DNA of 58,663 nucleotides, counting the filler, from Dugesia japonica (Eukaryota), in NCBI GenBank assembly GCA_001938525.1. It is 5 parts of 5 records of this genome, joined end to end, with 100 filler letters (N's around TTAATTAATTAA, not from the genome) between each part and the next. Parts side by side here need not be neighbours in the genome. Positions count along the whole stretch, not along the records: positions 45,224 to 58,663 come from MQRL01647442.1; 4 more parts are not named here. One strand, 5' to 3'. A program made the translations under genes and the position numbers. The notes beneath the pieces were generated by a model. It saw nothing but the letters and a program-made list of their open reading frames with translations. It was not told where the DNA came from and made no database searches. Every line of letters starts with the position of its first letter. The first letter of the stretch is position 1. Shown one piece after another: positions 50,683 through 58,663 of this stretch.

Positions 50683-52799
50683 ATATATATATTAGTATGT
50701 TTAATATAAATAATAAATATAATTATAAATAAACTAAATTGATCAAAAATGACTTTTTAGAATATATATATACCTACACACCAAGTAATAATTAATAAAA
50801 CCTTTAGTCCATGAAGAATATAACAGAAATACAAAATATTGCATCTATTTTTTATTGAAATAATTTATTTCGATACCATCCCAATACCTTTAACAACTTC
50901 CAGTCCAATTAAGATCCAGTTAAGATCCCTCTAAACGAAATAGTCATATTGAACAATATTTCCTTTTTGAAAAAGATTTAGCAATAACTGACATGGAATT
51001 TCATAATAAGACAGAGTGTTGCAAACCGTTATCAGTTTTCAAAACTCCATATCATCCTCATACGATGAACGATATAACTTCATTTATCATAGCATTACAC
51101 CGGAAACAACTTTACAGTGTCAATAAGCGAAATATTCATTAACATAATTAAATATTACTCAACAACAGGCCCATAAGTTGCTTAGGGAAAAGACATTCCT
51201 TACTGGTAAGAGGTGATATCACCACGGTTAAAGTTTAATAATAAACAAAAGAACATATCCTGAAAATCCTTTCGCAGGTATTCGGGAATGTCAAAATATC
51301 CTCTTGATAACAATCAATATTCAAACAATAAAAACTCATATAGTAATGTTTATTAACTCAGACGTCGAAATCCACTGTCGAGATCTAATGCATCTAAATC
51401 GTAAAGAAAATCTTAGAAAGGCAAAAATTTCCAACGAATGTAAGAGACAAAAATCTCAAAAAACCGCATCAATAATTCAAATGTTAATAATAATAATTCA
51501 AGATTAACACAAATTAAATCTCATTTCCAAAATGAAATTTATCAGCACTATTCATCAATGTGTCAAATACCGATCTAATGGAACTCAACGATCACATGAA
51601 TAATCTAACTGTTTACAATCAATTATTAATTTTGTTATCGAACTTTGCGACAATGATTAATTTGTATATTTCTTTTTACGGCAATTCAACTTCCATTATT
51701 TTTATCCCTTTTATTATTAATATTCTCAATTTATATAAATTATAATTTAAGTTAATTTTAATAGAAAACTTTTAAAAAATTAGGAAATTTATAGGAAATA
51801 TTTATACAGTCCGTTTCAAAAGTCTGTTCGCACCCATGTAAATTACAAAAATCGAAGCATCAATAAGAAGCAGCAACAGAATAATTTAAAATTAAAAGTA
51901 GTAACACAAACATTCTGTAATACCGCAATAGAAAAACCGAAATGATAAAACCGCAATGTAAAGCATGAGTTAAAACAACATCGGTTGTAGATATATAGAT
52001 TAGTAGAAACCAATTTTTTAGCATTGCTATCAATACAGTAGACATAAAAAAGTGATTCGATAATAAAACATCATTGGTACATGGTAAATTCGAAAACCAT
52101 TGATTTTTATATTATTATTTATTATATTATTTATTTATAACAATTAAAATCACACACGCACGCACAACACAAAACATAATACAAGCAAACACAATATTGT
52201 ATACAACAATCTAACTAACAATCAAGATGATCAATACAAACGACAAGGCAACAAAACCTTCGGATTTTATATTTGATCCTTCAAACTTTATTTTTTTAAA
52301 TCTGATTATTGAATTAATTTTGTTTTTTATGATATAAATCCATTGAATAAATTATTGGATTTACTGTACAAATTCTTTTTATTGCCTATTTGAAAAATGA
52401 AAAAAGTTTTTATCATTATAAAAAATTATTTTAATGAAACATAATTATTGTAATATAAGCCATTGATTACAATCGTTAATTTTGAAAAGTATGTGTAGGT
52501 TTATTTATATATTTCGGAAAATCTCAATAAAATAATTTGTTTTTGGAAAATTCTCATAAATTAAATAGGATTTTATGTAATTGTATGGTGAATGATCTAG
52601 ATTCTAGATCATCAACTCTTGCATGAACAGTCATAATTATAAATAGTGGTTTCTGATTTATTATTTTTAAACTCTTTTTGATATTGCAAAAAATTCTCTA
52701 GCTAATTGAGTTGCTGGCTAGCAATCAAAATAGTGACGCAGATTTTTTTAAACGTATATATATATATATATATTTATATCATTTCATACATGTGTTTGG

Positions 52800-54030
52800 C
52801 TTCTAGGTTTTGAGGTTATTATTCTATTCTCTTGCTCTTGATTATTTTTAATTTTCTAGGGGCAGATACCCAGAAGCCGGCAAAATTTGATCAACACCTT
52901 CTGTGTTGAGACCATATACACCATGGTTCATGTGGGACTTTTCGGTATCCCGTCTTTGAGAAAGTCTTGGATGTTCTGGCCTAAACTTTTTGTTTTATTA
53001 TATTCATAAGTAAATAAGAGAATGTAATATTTATACATTTATTTATTTACATCCTATGGTAACCCAAATATCGTTTCATCTGTAATCACACATTCGTCAT
53101 TGACATTTCTTTTCACCTCATACTCGTTTCAAAGAGTTTTCACATTTGAGAAAACAGCGGCTTCTCGATCTGTATATGATTTTATGATCTCTACGAACAT
53201 CCGATTATTTTCGATGAATGTGAGTTCCTTCCGACCACTTTTTTTCTTTGTAGTATTAATGGTATCTTTCATTACCTTCGAATCTCTTGGGAGTTTCTTG
53301 ATTTCTGCCCGATCAATTTGTTCTTTGAATAAATCAGCTCGATCGGCTTTGCCAATTACGGACGTCATTCTAAATTAGAGAGTAAAATTTTATTCTCAGC
53401 TATAATAGTTTAAAAGCATATCATTTTATATCGTTTAAACATTAATATTAAAATTGTAACATGTAATTGTTCGTTATTCGCTTTCTCTATTTTAGATGAT
53501 AAATAAATTGTTAAGTCAAATAACTATTAAGGTATATTCACAGATATATACAGTTTTCGTCTTTACGCCGCATCCTCCTTTGCTATCTCTCCATTTTTTA
53601 TCAGATATGGTACTAATGTTGGAATGACTCGCTCGATGTTGTTATCCAATCTCTGCGCTACTTTTCGATGCTCTAAGATTTCTCTTTCGATTAGAGTTCC
53701 ACGAGGAGTAGGCTGAGGTGGATTCCTGAGGTGTTGTGACACCCGGAACAGTTGATCTGCTGATGCCTGATTCTGCATTTATGTGTTCTATTCACGTTTC
53801 GCCTCCTCTTTCTTTACCAGTTGTATCTTTAGTTCCGCAATTTCCTGTTTTAGATCTTCTCGAATTTCTTTAATCTTAATTTGTCCGCGCTCATCCATCA
53901 TGGGTCACGATCGGCTCCATACTCGTTCCAGGAGTCGTATAAATTCGGCATATTGTTACATAATGCTGTTGAAAAGGCCCATTCATCGAGCGATTGCACT
54001 GCTTCCTTAAATCTGATTTTTCGTGCCATA
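52800..54030 (-). pseudogene. Putative decayed multi-exon orphan gene (coiled-coil rich)
   Basis: Coding-like blocks (IKEIREDLKQEIAELKIQL, and ORFs 53563-53778 and 53129-53368) separated by AT-rich spacers, with in-frame stops. Confidence 0.3.
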
Positions 54031-56914
54031 CTGTTAATTAAATGATACAATTTATAACAGCGATATTGAAGTGTTAACTAAAATTATTATGATAATGAAC
54101 ATTATTGGTTTATATATAATTTATTTTACTTTTATTAAAATATTAAAACACGATAATGCATGAATCAGGAGTTGAAAATCCTCTGCGAGAGCTTATTGCC
54201 CTCGGGGACTGACACTTTGCGACTCATTTCTTTGTAATAATTTAGAGATTATATTTATAAATCGCGAATGTAGATTTTATTATTAAAAAATTTCACAACC
54301 ATTAATTTAAATTACGGAGCTTGTAATCGAATTAATATCGTCGTATTTGTTACTTATAAGAGTTTATTTTCAACGTTCTCAGATTACATATTTAATTTCA
54401 TTTCAAACTTTTATATTTGCAAATTTATTATTAATTTCAATAAAACACGTTAGTCATTAGTTCAATAACTCGATTCAGTGATTCAGGAAATTCAGTGATT
54501 AGTTTTATTTGGTCCGTACTTATTAAATTTATATCCAAAATCATTGATTAATATGAATAAATCTGCAGAAATCGTAAGATGTTTATTGATCTTTATGTTA
54601 GCATATAGAAATAATTAAATCAACTGAAAAACATAATCAGTAAGCAAGTATCCAAATTTGAAAACCACAATTATCAAATAGTGTTTAGAATCGTTTAATT
54701 CTTATATCCTCCTTATTTATTAAGAAATTCAAATGTAACAATTAAAATTTACAAAAATGAAAAGCAAAGTTCTTAAGTTTTAGAAAATATTGATCAAATT
54801 GCTAAATATCAATTTAAATTCAAAATCAAATTTAAGCATACTAACAATCTTACAAATCCAAATTAGAAAAGAATCATAACCACATTCCTCGATCATCGCC
54901 AGGTAGCATTATCTCATTATATTAATTCATAATTAATTTAGGTTAACCATTTGTATTCATATCTCATCGTACTTCACTTCTCATATCACTAGTCACTCAA
55001 TTACAATTTTAATCAATTGCTGATACACACTTTTCTGTTTGATTCATTTTCTTTACTCATTTGTTGATTGTTCTGTTTTATTTCTTTCACCTTCCATTTA
55101 ATTTATTTCGATTTTATTATTTTATTTTCTTTTAATAGAATTATTATGGAATATCTTTCTTTGTTTACTTTAATTTAGTTATTTCCTATTTTGTAGGTTC
55201 ATTCGCATTGACTGACTTTTCTAATTTCATTTCTCTTTTAATTATTCCTTTCTTTAATAAATATATTTATTTCCAATTCATTGCAATTTAATTATTTCGT
55301 TTGTTTTTAATTCTTTTAATTTATCTTAATGATTATTTCGGCGACTTCGTATTATTCTCATTTTCGATATTTCACTGGCTCACATTCAAGCCGTTCTAGT
55401 CGAACACTTGTAATAATGTGTTAGTTTTTCACATTTGAGTACTGTTAGAATAAGAATCAAATGAAAATGTGTTAATTATTCACTTGATAAAAATAACATG
55501 TCTAATGAATAAAATCAATCAAACACATTTGATAAAGGAAAAATAAACAAATGTTAAATCAACAAGATTTGATAGATATTTCTGTCGTTTGGATTGGTTG
55601 AGTGGGTATTTAAACTTAGATTGAATTGACTGGAGAATTGACTCTTGTCTCGAATTCGAATATTACATTTTGTATGTGTATATATATACATGTATCTGTT
55701 GTGTGATTTATGTGTGTTTGGTAATTGTTCTCCATAACATTGAGATTCATTAAAGAATTGCCGATCGATGAGTTTCAAAATTATAAAAGTTCCTTAAAGA
55801 TCTTAAATTTTCCCATATTGAATACAGAAATAACTGGTGAAAAATATGTGTTAATTGGTTATATAAACATGCATGTTTCATTAGAAATATATTAAAATTT
55901 GATTGGTTGAATTTTTTCCTGTTAAATATTTGAATAAATGTCAACGAACAAAACATACTTTTGAAATTAATGCTATCAAAAACTGAAACTTCAGTTTCTG
56001 ATGATTTTTATTCCACGGAAGTGAAAATAATTCTATTAAAGAAACTTAAGCTATCTGAAATTTAAACAAATTTTAAATAGAAACATCAAATATCCAATCA
56101 CAGCGTAAATCAAAACCAACAGAGTTGAATATGTTCAATTCCACAGATGCAAACATTTAATAAACCTGATCATTTTCAATGAATACTAATACGATAAATA
56201 GACGTATATTTAAATTAATTGTTATATTTAAATAAATAGCATGTTCATTATTTCTCAAAGTTATTGTTTATAATATTTCATTGAAATAGAGAATTCCAGG
56301 TTGGGTCAAAATTTATTAACGTTTATCATTACATTAAATTTGTTTTTCTGTCAATAGTAAAAACCTTTCATGCCATCTATACACCACTTTGTGGCTAAAT
56401 GAAATAACATTCTGTTGTTTCTAGTAGAGTGTCTTGCAACTAGTCACCACGAAACCATGTTATGTTACTTTTGTTACTTTCCCCTTTCTACCAGGTGAAT
56501 GAACTTTCTATTAACTTGTCAACTTAAGTATGTAGGATCACAACTTAACTGTTTATTAAAATTACCCATAGTAAAACACAAAACATTATATATTAAAATA
56601 ACATACCTCGTGTATTATAAATGAAAACACTTTCAAACAAAATTTGGTTCAAAATGAAATTAACACTATTGTTGGGGTGAAACTCCCATTAAAGAAGAAA
56701 AATAAGACCAANNNNNNNNNNNNNNNNNNNNNNNNNNNNNNNNNNNNNNNNNNNNNNNNNNATTAACTTGTCAACTTAAGTATGTAGGATCACAACTTAA
56801 CTGTTTATTAAAATTACCCATAGTAAAACATTATATATTAAAATAACATACCTCGTGTATTATAAATGAAAACACTTTCAACCAAAATTTGGTTCAAAAT
56901 GAAATTAACACTAT

Positions 56915-57700
56915 TGTTGGGGTGAAACTCCCATTAAAGAAGAAAAATAAGACCAAAGAAANCCAAATCGGCAAAAAAGAACAGTNGGGCATAATATCTG
57001 CCCATAATGAAATCCAAAAGGAAAAGCAATCATGATCGAGGGAGGTTATAATGGAAATAACCAGTAGAGAAGAACAGTAGAAAATATAATTAGAAATGGA
57101 TACGACGGACCGGGTAAAATAAAAGTAACTTACATCAATACTGGAATTAAAAAGAATTATTAAATTCATAAGGAGAAATTAAGAAATCANNNNNNNNNNN
57201 NNNNNNNNNNNNNNAAAAATATTAATTAATTTTGAAATAAAAAAGAAGAAAAATTAGTTAAAAATCTGTTTTACACGAATAACTTCGCTCAAGGAAATTG
57301 GAAAGAACCTGGGTAAGAAAATAAGGAAAGAAAATAACAAGACGCATTGAAATTGCTAAGAAGAATAAACTTACCACCATCCAGAAGGTTGCTGCAGGGT
57401 CCTCAAGATCGGGCCAATAAGAAATCTAAAAATAAAACAAAGACACAATTATCATGTGTCAGTCCAAAAATAACCACCAATGGTAACTCCAAAATTCCGA
57501 AAATTTTAGAAAAATTGGCACTAGAACCAATAGGAAGTCTAAAATACCAGTTAAAAATAAACAACAAATCGGAGAGAAGTTGGGGTGCGAAGAAAATCCT
57601 ATAAAAGGATCTCGGAATTTAGAGAGCAAACAACACAAAAAAATCCTTCTTTTTATCATCAAAATATTACTTTGTAAACGATATCTGCAAAGCAATTTGA
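56915..57700 (+). repeat. Interspersed repeat starting TGTTGGGGTGAAAC (LTR-like), copy 2
   Basis: Diverged inverted copy of 49900-50682. The right boundary is uncertain. Confidence 0.75.
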
Positions 57701-58596
57701 TTCAAGAAGTTTATCGGAAAAGAAACTTTCATTATAACAATATTCATCAAAAAACTCCAATACAACCAGTTATCGCGCATCAATTATCCGAGGCACCATA
57801 CAACAGAGTAATTAGATTATTCAGAATTACAAATTAATCAGAAATTGTTTTGAATAGTAGAACTTATCGATAATCCGGTGATTGATAATAAATTCCAAGA
57901 GCTTTAGGAGGAAAAGAGAACCGTTGCAGAAATTCTTATCAGAAAAAGTTTTTATAGTAAGTATGTTTATGTGTTTGAAAATAAAATAAACTTTAAAATG
58001 CATAGTTCTTATATTTTGAATTGTTATGATATTAAAAAAATTATTGAAAAAGCACCAGAAAGCATTTTTTTGTTTGTCAAATAAATTTATCAGAAACCGC
58101 ATGATCCCGATGATCCAACAATTGAAATTTTGTGAGTTTAATTCGGTTTAATGCATAAATAATTTTTTGTTCACATCGCACATACATTACTAAGTATGCA
58201 CTATCGTATCCCCGTTAATAGTGACAGGAAATTTATAACATAATAACTTAAATCCACTACCCAGTTAGTAAGATAAAGTGTTAGTACACCCACTACTCCT
58301 AACCTCTAATTTATCAGTGTGTATTGCTATAGCATCTTAAATTGTGTACTACTGCTAGACAACCCTTTCCAGCGGAATTTTTCAAAGTCCGAAATTGGGT
58401 TTATTGCTGAAATTTTATCAAATATACTAATTACAGGTAGAACTTCCTAAAATTTCCACAGAAAATATTACTTCTATCAATATTATCATTATTATGATTA
58501 TTAATCTTATTATAGTTATTATTATTATACTATTGCTCTTATAATTATTATCTGGAGTAGTGTTTAACATTATTATGATTATTAAGATTGATAATC

Positions 58597-58597
<1 letters not shown>

Positions 58598-58663
<66 letters not shown>
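58598..58663. repeat. (ATT)n microsatellite
   Basis: Direct repeats. Confidence 0.95.

Noticed and set aside
50950-51200. Integrase-like TPYHP fragment
   Set aside because: A single short motif in heavily decayed sequence; probably Gypsy debris but unsupported.
56510-56958. ~200-bp tandem duplication
   Set aside because: The near-identical copies directly flank a gap; most likely an unmerged contig or haplotype overlap.

Overview
This is very AT-rich eukaryotic DNA, probably from an invertebrate animal, with short introns of about 37-47 nt. Host identity cannot be established here; a compact spiralian genome such as an orthonectid or flatworm is only a guess. The window is a concatenation of five scaffolds joined by artificial 44N-TTAATTAATTAA-44N spacers at about 10.57, 19.68, 36.33 and 45.17 kb. 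The main feature is a family of endogenous Polinton/Maverick-like viruses (adintoviruses), present as four diverged, decayed copies at 80-1982 (-), 21158-28065 (-), 28070-33900 (+) and 34327-36070 (+). Recognisable genes are penton, a pX-like core protein, a double-jelly-roll major capsid, adenain protease and protein-primed PolB. The family has three unusual traits: (i) tiny spliceosomal introns, including one that restores the MN(T/S)xQI start of adenain in two copies; (ii) an F54H12.2-type capsid module paired with an EndoVII-type pPolB; (iii) a terminus carrying a 49-bp array of TCAAGGTCA plus CCAAT motifs. Host genes are a secreted orphan-family protein, the last exon of a Cbl-like gene, a ZNF474-like C2HC zinc-finger protein and the first two exons of an SLC17/VGLUT-like transporter. 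The rest consists of Ty3/Gypsy, mariner, Tc1, pogo and hAT remnants, palindromes containing minimal hammerhead ribozyme motifs, satellites and unexplained multi-exon ORFs at 47-54 kb. All assignments come from manual motif reading; no searches were run.
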